Assembly: GCA_029556475.1 (NCBI GenBank)
Contig: JAKQEP010000029.1
Coordinates: 1 to 63,988 of the forward strand
Direction of reading: 5' to 3'
Source: Candidatus Atribacteria bacterium
GTDB lineage: Bacteria > Atribacterota > Phoenicimicrobiia > Phoenicimicrobiales > Stramentimicrobiaceae
DNA length: 63,988 nucleotides
Within the stretch, counting starts at the first letter, position 1. The number at the start of each line of letters is the position of its first letter. Under the pieces are notes generated by a model. The model had not been told where the DNA came from, searched no databases, and worked only from the letters and a program-made list of their open reading frames with translations. Position numbers and translations under genes: made by a program. Below are positions 19,683 to 28,866 of the stretch, in pieces.

Positions 19683-20465
19683 ATGGTTTTTAGCGAAATT
19701 ATGTATAATTTTAATAAAGGAGTAGTTTTAATTACTGGTGCTGCTCGAGGAATTGGTGAAGCTGCAAGCCATGCTTTTGCTCAATCTAATACAAAATTAG
19801 TATTAGTTGATATAGATTTGGAAGGATTAAAAAACTTAAAAAATCAACTCATTTCTAAGATGGACCAAAAAGATATTTTTATTATTAAAACCGATGTTTC
19901 CGATCCAAATGACGTAGAGAAAATGACTGAACAAGCAATAAAATATTTTGGTGAAATAAATATTCTTTTTAACAATGCTGGCATTAATAATCGTATTCCC
20001 CTTGCTGATGTTTCTTATGAAATTTGGAAAAAAATGATGAGTGTTAATTTGGATGGCATATTCTTAATTGCCCAATCAGTTGGTCGGGAGATGATAAAAA
20101 GAAGAAAAGGAAAGATAATCAATACAGCTTCCATGTCTGGTTTTATTGTAAATGAAAATCTTAATGATGGAGTTTATTGTACAACAAAAGCTGCAGTTGT
20201 TATGCTTACCAAAGCTTTAGCTGTGGAATGGGCAGAATATAATATACAGGTAAACGCTATTGCTCCCGGTTATACCGAAACCCCTTTAGTAAAAAGGTTA
20301 TTAGAAAATCCGAAAATACATAAGGAATTGGTTGAGCGAACACCTATGCATAGATTAGCTGAACCCCATGAAATTGCTAAAGCTGTGTTATATTTAGCTT
20401 CTTCAGATACAACCTATATTACTGGTCACACATTAGTGATCGATGGTGGATATATTATTTGGTAA
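19683..20465 (+). CDS. SDR oxidoreductase, polyol/ketose reductase-like
   Basis: Motifs TGAARGIG, NNAG and YCTTK. The C-terminus IDGGYIIW resembles sorbose/mannitol-type SDRs, from memory. Confidence 0.8.
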   Translation: MVFSEIMYNFNKGVVLITGAARGIGEAASHAFAQSNTKLVLVDIDLEGLKNLKNQLISKMDQKDIFIIKTDVSDPNDVEKMTEQAIKYFGEINILFNNAGINNRIPLADVSYEIWKKMMSVNLDGIFLIAQSVGREMIKRRKGKIINTASMSGFIVNENLNDGVYCTTKAAVVMLTKALAVEWAEYNIQVNAIAPGYTETPLVKRLLENPKIHKELVERTPMHRLAEPHEIAKAVLYLASSDTTYITGHTLVIDGGYIIW

Positions 20466-20501
20466 AAAATTATAGAAATATTTTAGAACATTAAGATAAG
20501 A

Positions 20502-21524
20502 GTGATTAATCAAGGGAGGAAAAGATTGTTAAAAATATTAAGAGACTCAGATTTTTTAGCTAAACTCTTCAAAGATATGTTAAAAATAAGGTTATTTGAA
20601 AATAAAGTTGTTGAATTATATTCTAACGGAATAATGCCGGGATTAGCCCATTTGTATATAGGGGAAGAAGCAGTGGCAGTAGGTGTTTGCAATGCTTTAA
20701 GTGAACAAGATTACGTTACTAGTACTCATCGTGGTCATGGACATGTGATTGCTAGAGGAGCTGACTTAAATAAGATGATGGCAGAAATACTGGGCAGAAG
20801 AACAGGCTATTGTAAAGGTAAGGGTGGCTCCATGCATATAATTGATATGACCAAAGGACTACTAGGTGCTAATGGCATTGTTGCTGCGGGAATACCTATT
20901 GCTACAGGGGCTGGATACAGTGCAAAGTATCGTAAAACTAAACAAGTATCAGTAGTTTTTTTTGGTGATGCAGCTTCTAATCATGGTAATTTTCACGAAA
21001 GTATTAACATGGCTGCAGCTTGGAAATTGCCTGTAATTTACGTATGTGAAAATAATTTATATGGTATTTCTGTAGATATTAGAAAAGTAACCAATACAGA
21101 AAATATTGCAGATAGAGCTTGTGCCTATAATATACCAGGCCAAATTGTAGATGGGAATGATGTAGTGGCAGTATTTGAGATTGCACAAAAGGCTGTTGAA
21201 AGAGCAAGACAAGGTTTAGGGCCAACACTTATTGAATGTAAAACTTATCGCTGGAAAGGACATCATTTAGCAGATCCAGGTACTATTTATAGGGCTGAAA
21301 AAGAACGAAAAGAATGGATACAAAAATGTCCAATAAAAAATTTTAAAGAAAGGATGATTAAAAACAATACTTTTTCTGAAAAAGAAATCATTATTTTTGA
21401 AAATGAGATAAAAGAATTGATAGATAATGCCACTGAATTTGCCTTAAATAGTTCTTATCCAGAAAAAAGTGAAGCATATGAAGATATTTACTTTTCAGCT
21501 AAGGAAGAAGAGGTGTATTTATGA
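20502..21524 (+). CDS. TPP-dependent 2-oxoacid/acetoin dehydrogenase E1 alpha subunit
   Basis: Motifs HLYIGEEA, STHRGHGH, GKGGSMH, GDAASNHG and YRWKGHHLADPG. The true start may be TTG 20526, which lies behind GGGAGGA. Confidence 0.85.
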   Translation: MINQGRKRLLKILRDSDFLAKLFKDMLKIRLFENKVVELYSNGIMPGLAHLYIGEEAVAVGVCNALSEQDYVTSTHRGHGHVIARGADLNKMMAEILGRRTGYCKGKGGSMHIIDMTKGLLGANGIVAAGIPIATGAGYSAKYRKTKQVSVVFFGDAASNHGNFHESINMAAAWKLPVIYVCENNLYGISVDIRKVTNTENIADRACAYNIPGQIVDGNDVVAVFEIAQKAVERARQGLGPTLIECKTYRWKGHHLADPGTIYRAEKERKEWIQKCPIKNFKERMIKNNTFSEKEIIIFENEIKELIDNATEFALNSSYPEKSEAYEDIYFSAKEEEVYL

Positions 21525-22510
21525 GGGAAATAACTTATGCCCAAGCTATTAGTGAAGCGATTGATGAGGAAATGCGAAGAGATGAGAAAGTAATAATGTT
21601 CGGTGAAGATATAGGAATAAAAGGGGGCAATTTCGGTCAAACCCAAGGGCTTTATGAAAAATACGGAGAATGGCGCATAAAAGATACTCCTATTTCAGAA
21701 AATAGTTTTGTTGGGTTAGCACTAGGTGCAGCACTAACCGGTTTAAGACCTATTGTAGAAATCATGTATTCTGATTTTTTAGTTGTAGCAGGGGATCAAA
21801 TTTTCAATCAACTTGCCAAGATTAGATATATGTCTGGAGGCCAAACAAAAGTACCTTTAACCCTTTGTACTACTATTGGAATGGGGAGATCCACTGCAGC
21901 ACAGCATTCTCAAAGTTTACATGCACTCGTTTCTCATGTCCCTGGTTTAAAAGTAGTTATGCCTTCTAATGCAACAGAAGCAAAGGGCTTGTTAAAAACT
22001 GCTATTCGTGATGATAATCCTGTGATATTCTTTGAGCATCGTATGGAATTTAATCAAAAGCATAATGTTCCTGAAGGAGAGATTTTAATTCCGTTTGGGA
22101 AAGCAAATATTGTTAAGGAAGGTAAAGATATTACTGTGGTAGGTATTGCAAGGGAAGTTAGCAATAGTCTAAAGGCCTCAGAGAGGCTAGTTAAGGAAGG
22201 AATTGATATAGAAATAATAGATCTACGGACTATTGTACCAATGGATAGAAAGACTATTATTAATTCTGTAAAAAAAACTGGTAAACTGTTAATTGTTGAT
22301 GAAGGACATGAGCGTTGTGGAGTTGCAGCTGAAATTGGAATGGATATAATAAAAAATGTGTTTTTTGATTTAGATTTGCCAATAGAGCGTATTTGTACAA
22401 AAAATGTCCCGATACCCTTTAGTCCAATACTAGAAGAAGAAATAATGCCAACTGAAGATAAAATTTATCATCGAGTTAAAAGGATGATGAGGAGGGATAA
22501 TATTGGCTAA
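21521..22510 (+). CDS. 2-oxoacid/acetoin dehydrogenase E1 beta subunit
   Basis: Motifs GEDIG and DTPISE, with a transketolase-like pyrimidine-binding domain and C-terminal domain. It overlaps the alpha gene by 4 nt. Confidence 0.9.
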   Translation: MREITYAQAISEAIDEEMRRDEKVIMFGEDIGIKGGNFGQTQGLYEKYGEWRIKDTPISENSFVGLALGAALTGLRPIVEIMYSDFLVVAGDQIFNQLAKIRYMSGGQTKVPLTLCTTIGMGRSTAAQHSQSLHALVSHVPGLKVVMPSNATEAKGLLKTAIRDDNPVIFFEHRMEFNQKHNVPEGEILIPFGKANIVKEGKDITVVGIAREVSNSLKASERLVKEGIDIEIIDLRTIVPMDRKTIINSVKKTGKLLIVDEGHERCGVAAEIGMDIIKNVFFDLDLPIERICTKNVPIPFSPILEEEIMPTEDKIYHRVKRMMRRDNIG

Positions 22511-23741
22511 ATATATAATAATGCCTAAATTAAGCTTCAACATGAGAGAGGGAAAAATTATAAAATGGTTAAAACAAGAAGGAGAACAGGTTCAAGAGCA
22601 AGAGACCATTTTACAGATCGAAACTGATAAAAGTGTAATTGATTTTGAATCACAAATTTCAGGAATTTTAAGAAAAATATTTATAAAAGAAGGTGAAACT
22701 GTTCCTGTTACATTACCTATTGGCATTATTGCCAATAAAGAAGAAGACATAAGTATAATGATAAAAGAGGCATTGGAGATATTAGATGGTATTAGTAAGG
22801 GGGAGGAAATACAAGAAGAAATAGGGCAAGAAATAGAATTAAAAAGAGAGTTTCTTAAAAAAGAAGTCCAATCTTCCCCGGAAATATGTGAATCAGTTAA
22901 AATATCTCCTCGTGCCAGAAAAAAAGCAAAGGAACTTGGTATAGATATATCTTTAATTAAAAATAAATTCTCAAAAAAAATAATACAAGAAGAAGACATT
23001 ATTGAATTTTTCAATAAAGAAAAAAATGTTGTAATAGGTGGTATTCCCACAGTAAAAGTAATCGCTAAAGAAGTTCCTTATTCGGGAATGCGTCAAATCA
23101 TTGGTAACCGTTTATCTGAAAGTAAACTAACAGCACCACACATATATTTTTCTACTTCCGTAGATATGTCGAATGTTCTTGGAATAATAGAATCCTTAAA
23201 AAAAGAACAAGAAATAAATATCACAATTAATGATTTTTTGGTTTTCGTTCTGGCTAAAGTACTTACCGAGCAACCTAAAATGAACTCATCTTTAGTGGAC
23301 AATAAGATTGTCTACTATTCCAGTATTAATATTGGTATTGCTGTTGGACTGGAGGAGGGTTTGGTTGTTCCGGTAATAAAAGAAGCTGAAAAAAAGAATC
23401 TTAATGAAATTGCCAAAGAGAGCAAAAGATTGATCACATTGGCTCATGAGAAGAGATTAATGCCTGAAGATTATCAAAGTGGTACTTTTACTATATCAAA
23501 TTTAGGGATGTTTGGAATTGAAGAATTTACGGCAATTATTAATCCTCCTGAGTCGGGCATTTTAGCTATTGGTAGTATTCAAAGGAAACCAGTTGTAAAT
23601 AGCTATGACCAAATTGTGATAAGACCAATATTAAAAATGACTTTGTCCGTCGACCATAGAATTATTGATGGAATTGTCGCAACTCAATTTTTAAATTCAG
23701 TTAAAAAATATTTATTCAATCCTGGAATGCTGTTATTATAA
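22503..23741 (+). CDS. Dihydrolipoamide acyltransferase (E2)
   Basis: Single lipoyl domain (IETDKSV), a subunit-binding domain (SPRARKKAKELGIDIS) and a catalytic DHRIIDG motif. Confidence 0.9.
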   Translation: MAKYIIMPKLSFNMREGKIIKWLKQEGEQVQEQETILQIETDKSVIDFESQISGILRKIFIKEGETVPVTLPIGIIANKEEDISIMIKEALEILDGISKGEEIQEEIGQEIELKREFLKKEVQSSPEICESVKISPRARKKAKELGIDISLIKNKFSKKIIQEEDIIEFFNKEKNVVIGGIPTVKVIAKEVPYSGMRQIIGNRLSESKLTAPHIYFSTSVDMSNVLGIIESLKKEQEINITINDFLVFVLAKVLTEQPKMNSSLVDNKIVYYSSINIGIAVGLEEGLVVPVIKEAEKKNLNEIAKESKRLITLAHEKRLMPEDYQSGTFTISNLGMFGIEEFTAIINPPESGILAIGSIQRKPVVNSYDQIVIRPILKMTLSVDHRIIDGIVATQFLNSVKKYLFNPGMLLL

Positions 23742-24112
23742 TTTTTTGATTAATTAATAAAAATATGGTTAGAGTGTACTGTTATAAAAAATTATAGTAA
23801 TAAGAAGAAATAAAATCATAATTTAAAAAATACAATCAAAATTTGAGGTTTTTCTGAAATGTGTAAGGGCAAAAGATTGATGAATACAGCTAAATATAAT
23901 TTTTATCAGGCTAAAAACTTAAAACTATAAATTAAAATTTACAATTTTTAACCAATTTTTTCTATTTATTAAGTGATTTAGCCATAATGAAAAAGTTTGG
24001 AGGTGGTTTATATAAAAAATAGTAGTTATGTTTTTTGAAATTACATCTTTTGTGTACTTAATTACCAGAGAGAGAAAAAAGAAAGTAAATTTAATTATGG
24101 AGGATTAAGTAA

Positions 24113-25315
24113 ATGAAAAATAAATTATTATTTTTCTCGTTGACCCTTATAGCATTAGTGGTATTTTCCTTGGTTGTAACTGCTCAAGAGCCTGTAAAAA
24201 TAGGAATTGTTAGTCCGAAAAGTGGTAACTATGCTGATCATGGTGAAATGGAAAGAATAGGAATGTATTTAGCCGTAGAAGATTTTGGTGGTAAGGTATT
24301 AGGACGCCCCATTGAGTTAATTGAAGTTGATTCTGAAACGAATCCCGATATAGCTTCTAGAAGGACTAAGACGTTGATAGAAGCACAGGATGTAAAATTT
24401 TTCCTGGGTGCAGTAAGTAGTTCTGTAGGAATTGCTGTTGGTTCAGTTTGTCACGAACTAGGCTCCATATATATTTGTACAAATGCAAACTCAGATACCA
24501 TAACTGGAGTAGACGCCAATAAACATACCTTCAGGGTTCCACCTAATATGGCCATACTGGTTCGTGGTGCAGCTAAGTATGTCGCAGAGAATCTTGGTAA
24601 AAAATGGTATTTTGTTACCCATGATTATAGCTGGGGGTGGTCAGGAACTGAGTGGGGAAGAAAGATGTTAGATAAAGTAGGCGCTGTGGAAGTAGGAGAG
24701 GTAAAAATTCCTATGAATACCAGAGATATGAGTTCGTACCTGTTACAGTTGGTGAATTCTGGAGCTGATGTTGCTTGTGTAACAGTTGGCGGATTTGACG
24801 GAATTGCTTTGTATAATCAGATGGGAGAATTTGGTATTTTTGATAAGATGAAAGTATGGTGGACACTGGCTGATTATCCAGACAGTTATGCTATTCCGCC
24901 TGAGCAGCGTGGAAGATACGGTATGATGGAAATATATTGGAAAGCCACACCTGAGTTAATAGAGTTTAGTAAGAGAATTCATGATAAGTATCCTGGCGCC
25001 ATTGCGAATGTTACTGAAACAAACTCTTACCACGGGTGGCTGGGAATGAAAGCACTATTGACTGCTATTGAAAAAGCTGGCACAACTGACGTTGATAGTG
25101 TAATTAAATCTTTGGAAGGATTAATTATATGCGATAATAAGCAACCAGATCCCACCTATATCAGACCTTGGGACCATCAATTCATTGACACAATGTTTTT
25201 TGGTCACGATATTCCAGGGGCAGAGGGAGATGACATTACAGAAGTGTTATTTACAGCTCCATGTAAGGATTTTGCAAGAACAATGACTGAAAACCCCATT
25301 GATTTAACAAAATAG
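24113..25315 (+). CDS. ABC transporter substrate-binding protein, Liv/Peripla_BP_6 type
   Basis: Signal peptide ending VVTAQE with no lipobox Cys. The fold signature is LivJ-like (IGIVSPKSGNYA...). Confidence 0.85.
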   Translation: MKNKLLFFSLTLIALVVFSLVVTAQEPVKIGIVSPKSGNYADHGEMERIGMYLAVEDFGGKVLGRPIELIEVDSETNPDIASRRTKTLIEAQDVKFFLGAVSSSVGIAVGSVCHELGSIYICTNANSDTITGVDANKHTFRVPPNMAILVRGAAKYVAENLGKKWYFVTHDYSWGWSGTEWGRKMLDKVGAVEVGEVKIPMNTRDMSSYLLQLVNSGADVACVTVGGFDGIALYNQMGEFGIFDKMKVWWTLADYPDSYAIPPEQRGRYGMMEIYWKATPELIEFSKRIHDKYPGAIANVTETNSYHGWLGMKALLTAIEKAGTTDVDSVIKSLEGLIICDNKQPDPTYIRPWDHQFIDTMFFGHDIPGAEGDDITEVLFTAPCKDFARTMTENPIDLTK

Positions 25316-25328
25316 ATTTAAGATAAGA

Positions 25329-25364
25329 GAAGCCTGGTAGGGCTTGAAAGTCCTATCAGGCTTC
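25329..25364 (+). terminator. Intercistronic stem-loop after the SBP gene (partial terminator or mRNA stabiliser)
   Basis: GAAGCCTGGTAGG / CCTATCAGGCTTC forms a 13-bp stem with one G-U pair and a 10-nt loop. A T-rich tract follows. Confidence 0.5.
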
Positions 25365-25404
25365 TTACCATATTTTTGAAAATTTAAAAAGAGGAAATTA
25401 AAAC

Positions 25405-26289
25405 ATGAATACGACTTTATGTCTTGCACTTTTATTTAATGGAATTGTTTTAGGTTTAATATGGTCTGTCATTGCAATAGGGTTTAGTTTAGTATTGGGT
25501 GTTGGGCAAACCATAAATTTTGCCCATGGCTTGCTGTTTACTTTTGGAGCCTATTTCTTTTTTTCTATTTCTAGAAATACCTCGTTCTGGATAGCAGTAA
25601 TTGCAGCACCTATTTTAGTTGCCATAATGAGCTTGTTTTTGGAGGTAGTATTGGTTAGAAGGGTATATGGGCAGGACCCATTGTTTGGTTTACTAATTAC
25701 CTTTGGTTTTGCCATTGCAATGGAAGAAGTGATTAGAATGGTTTGGGGTAAAGCAGCCTACTCTGTGTCAACACCAATTTTTGCTCGTGGACAGCTTATA
25801 CTCGGGAATTTTGTTTATTCTAGATTCAGAATCTTACTTGCTCTATTTGCTTTAACTATTTTATTACTGGTGTTATGGTTTATGTCTAAAACAAGTTTCG
25901 GAGCTATAGTAAAAGCTGGAATGTTTAATAGCGAGATGATCTCAGCATTAGGTCACAATTTACCACTATTAAGAACATTAGTTTTTGTTATGGGTGGTTT
26001 ACTTGCTGGATTGGCTGGGGTTATTGGTGCTCCTTTATGGAGTATAAAATCAGGAATGGGTACAGATGTTTTAATGCCAGGATTTATTATAGCTTTAATT
26101 GGAGGTTTAGGAAGTATTAAAGGAACGATTATTGGGGGTTTATTAGTGGGTATAACTACATCCTTAGCCGTTTTAGTCATACCTAGGTTTACTGATATAA
26201 TTCCTTATGTAATGCTTATTGCAGTTTTATTCTATAAACCCAAAGGTTTATACGGTGAAGTGACGATTCTAGGAGAAGTGAGAGAATAG
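25405..26289 (+). CDS. ABC permease, LivH-like
   Basis: Polytopic membrane protein with a LivH-type N-terminus (NGIVLGLIWSVIAIGFSLV...INFAHG). Confidence 0.85.
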   Translation: MNTTLCLALLFNGIVLGLIWSVIAIGFSLVLGVGQTINFAHGLLFTFGAYFFFSISRNTSFWIAVIAAPILVAIMSLFLEVVLVRRVYGQDPLFGLLITFGFAIAMEEVIRMVWGKAAYSVSTPIFARGQLILGNFVYSRFRILLALFALTILLLVLWFMSKTSFGAIVKAGMFNSEMISALGHNLPLLRTLVFVMGGLLAGLAGVIGAPLWSIKSGMGTDVLMPGFIIALIGGLGSIKGTIIGGLLVGITTSLAVLVIPRFTDIIPYVMLIAVLFYKPKGLYGEVTILGEVRE

Positions 26290-26344
26290 GAAATAACATA
26301 TAGTGTTAGTAATAATGTTTTGAACAGAATAGGAGTATTCACTA

Positions 26345-27355
26345 ATGAAAACAAAAAATAATATACTACAAGACCCTTATTTATATATCTTTATTATTTT
26401 TTTGGTCTACCCATTTTTACCATACATAGGAAAATATAGGTCTGTAGGTACAGAATTATTGATTTGGTCAATATTTGCACTAAGTTTTAATCTCGTTTTA
26501 GGTTATTCAGGGCTTCCCTCTTTCGGGCATGGTGCATTTTTTGGTGTAGGAACATATGCTGTAGCTCTGACTCTACTCCACTTGACATCAAAAGATGTGA
26601 CTATTTCATTGATCTTGGCAGCATTTTTTGGTGGTTTGTTTACATTTTTTTATGGATTCATCATTAAAAAGAAAAGAGGAATATATTTTTCCTTACTGAC
26701 TGTAGCTTTTAGTCAAATTCTTTATGTAATTGGTTTTAGGTGGGATGAGGTAACTGGGGGTGAAACTGGAATTACAGGCTTACAAAGGGGCGGATTTTTA
26801 GGAATACAAATCAATAATCCTATAACATATTACTATTTTGTATTTGTTTTGTTTGTGATTACACTTTTGGTAATTAGAAAAATATCAAATTCGCCTGTAG
26901 GTAAGGTATTGTTAGCTTTAAAACAAGATGAAAAAAGAGCTCAATATTTAGGATTCAATACCGAAAGACAAGTGTGGTTTATTTTTACTATTTCAGGTAT
27001 TTTTGCGGGTCTGGCAGGAGGATTACATGGTTTATTACATTTGTCCGCATTTTCTGATACCTTGCATTGGACTAAATCTGGTGATGTTGTAATGGCAACA
27101 TTGTTAGGGGGAGGTTTAGCAAATTTTTATGGACCAATAGTGGGGGCAATTATTTTTATTTCAGCCAGAGAAATACTTAGTTCTTTTTGGGATAACTGGT
27201 TACTGTTATATGGGTTAGCCTTTGTTGTAATTATTTTATTTATACCTACTGGTTTATTGGGTATTGTTGAACGGATAAGGGAAAAGAAGCATTTTGAGCA
27301 ATTTAATAACAATAGAAATAATATTGGTAGCAAAAATACTCAAGAAATAACTTAG
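26345..27355 (+). CDS. ABC permease, LivM-like
   Basis: LivM-type block NLVLGYSGLPSFGHGAFFGVGTY. Confidence 0.85.
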   Translation: MKTKNNILQDPYLYIFIIFLVYPFLPYIGKYRSVGTELLIWSIFALSFNLVLGYSGLPSFGHGAFFGVGTYAVALTLLHLTSKDVTISLILAAFFGGLFTFFYGFIIKKKRGIYFSLLTVAFSQILYVIGFRWDEVTGGETGITGLQRGGFLGIQINNPITYYYFVFVLFVITLLVIRKISNSPVGKVLLALKQDEKRAQYLGFNTERQVWFIFTISGIFAGLAGGLHGLLHLSAFSDTLHWTKSGDVVMATLLGGGLANFYGPIVGAIIFISAREILSSFWDNWLLLYGLAFVVIILFIPTGLLGIVERIREKKHFEQFNNNRNNIGSKNTQEIT

Positions 27356-27373
27356 CTGGAGGATAGGAAAATA

Positions 27374-28156
27374 ATGGATTTATTAAGAACTGAAAATTTA
27401 ACCAAAAAATTTGGTGAATTAATTGCAGTAAATGATGTCAATATTTCAATACAAGAAGAAGGTATCTTATCAATTATTGGGCCAAATGGTGCGGGTAAAA
27501 CAACTTTTTTTAATCTCCTGACAGGATATTTAAAACCAACTAGTGGAAAAGTATTTTTGAAAGGTGAAGATATAACTAATTTGGCTCCATATGATATTGT
27601 TCACAAGAAATTATCAAGATCTTTTCAAATAGCCAGTTATTTCCCTGAGTTCACAATATTTGAAAATATTCAAATGGGTGTCTTTAATCGGCTTGGGTAC
27701 AGTTATAATTATTTTGCCAACATCAATAAGCTCAAAGATGTGCATAAAGAAACAGAAAAATACATGAAGATGTTAGATTTAACTGAACAGAAAGAAATGA
27801 AAGCCAAGTTTTTATCCCATGGTGACAAAAAAATACTTGACATTGCTATGTGTTTGACTGTGGAGCCGGAAATTTTACTATTAGACGAGCCTACTAGTGG
27901 TGTCTCAGGAACTGAAAGTACAAAAGTATTTAATTTTATTAAAAATTTATCAAAGAAAATGAAAATTGTCATTGTTGAACATGATATGGATATTGTTTTT
28001 TCAATATCTGATAGGGTTGTTGTTTTAGCCCAAGGCTCAATATTGGCTGATGGAACAGTTGAAGAAGTTAGAAAAAATGAAGACGTCCAGAAAGCTTATC
28101 TGGGAGGATTTACAGAAGGAGGGTACGAGGATGCTATCTCTGGAAAAAGTAAATAG
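27374..28156 (+). CDS. ABC ATPase, LivG-like
   Basis: Walker A GPNGAGKTT and an LLLDEP block. A short C-terminal tail follows AYLGG. Confidence 0.9.
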   Translation: MDLLRTENLTKKFGELIAVNDVNISIQEEGILSIIGPNGAGKTTFFNLLTGYLKPTSGKVFLKGEDITNLAPYDIVHKKLSRSFQIASYFPEFTIFENIQMGVFNRLGYSYNYFANINKLKDVHKETEKYMKMLDLTEQKEMKAKFLSHGDKKILDIAMCLTVEPEILLLDEPTSGVSGTESTKVFNFIKNLSKKMKIVIVEHDMDIVFSISDRVVVLAQGSILADGTVEEVRKNEDVQKAYLGGFTEGGYEDAISGKSK

Positions 28157-28844
28157 TTGGTATGGAGAAGCACAAGTATTGAGAAATGTTGATTTAAATG
28201 TCAAAGAAGGAGAAATTGTAGCACTGTTTGGTCGTAATGGTGTTGGGAAAACAACTACATTAAGAAGTATAATGGGACTCACTCCTCCTCTTGGTAAGGG
28301 TAAAATTGTTTTTAAGGATGAAAACATTTTAGGGTTGCCTCCTTATAAAATTGCTAACAAAGGTATTGGTTTTGTGCCTGAAGACCGTAGGATTTTCCCG
28401 TATTTAACAGTAAAAAGAAATTTAGATACTGGTAAGAAAAGCACTCATAAGAGTAACTCAAAGACGAAATGGGATTATCAAAAGGTTTTTCAATTATTTC
28501 CTAAATTGGAAATATTACAGGATTCTTTGGGTAAGAATTTAAGCGGTGGAGAGCAACAAATGTTAACAATAGCGCGTACATTGATGGGTAATCCTGAATT
28601 GCTTTTATTAGACGAACCCTCTGAGGGATTAGCCCCTTTGATTGCAAGAGATGTAATTAATTTAGTTCTAGAATTGAAAAAAGAATATGGATTAAGTATT
28701 TTAATCATTGAACAATTTTCTCCAAGGGTATTAGAATATGCAGACCGTTGTTATGTTATGGATATGGGAAAGATTGTTTTTTGTGGATGTTCCGAAGATT
28801 TAAGGAAAGATGTAAAATTACAAAAAGAGTTGTTAGGGGTGTAG
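28131..28844 (+). CDS. ABC ATPase, LivF-like
   Basis: Walker A GRNGVGKTT and signature LSGGEQQML. The start is set at ATG 28131 (MLSLEKV), behind GGAGGG, and overlaps livG by 26 nt. The ORF-track start 28050 would run inside livG. Confidence 0.85.
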   Translation: MLSLEKVNSWYGEAQVLRNVDLNVKEGEIVALFGRNGVGKTTTLRSIMGLTPPLGKGKIVFKDENILGLPPYKIANKGIGFVPEDRRIFPYLTVKRNLDTGKKSTHKSNSKTKWDYQKVFQLFPKLEILQDSLGKNLSGGEQQMLTIARTLMGNPELLLLDEPSEGLAPLIARDVINLVLELKKEYGLSILIIEQFSPRVLEYADRCYVMDMGKIVFCGCSEDLRKDVKLQKELLGV

Positions 28845-28866
28845 TAAAATTAAATATATGTAATAT

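Noticed and set aside
13427-20465. Assignment of the split transketolase/SDR modules to the known apiose (apulose-4-P transketolase) or sulfoquinovose sulfo-TK pathways
   Set aside because: The marker genes of those pathways are absent from the window. These are the apulose kinase and apiose/apiitol enzymes, or the sulfoquinovosidase, SQ isomerase and sulfonate exporter.
22592-23050. 152-aa minus-strand ORF inside the E2 gene
   Set aside because: It is antisense to a well-supported lipoyl/PSBD-containing E2 gene. The translation is Ser/Ile-rich and low in complexity, and there is no SD.
28050-28130. Longer N-terminus for the LivF-like ATPase (ORF-track start 28050)
   Set aside because: The extension lies wholly inside the livG coding region in another frame. 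The Met at 28131 is preceded by GGAGGG and gives the canonical LivF N-terminus.
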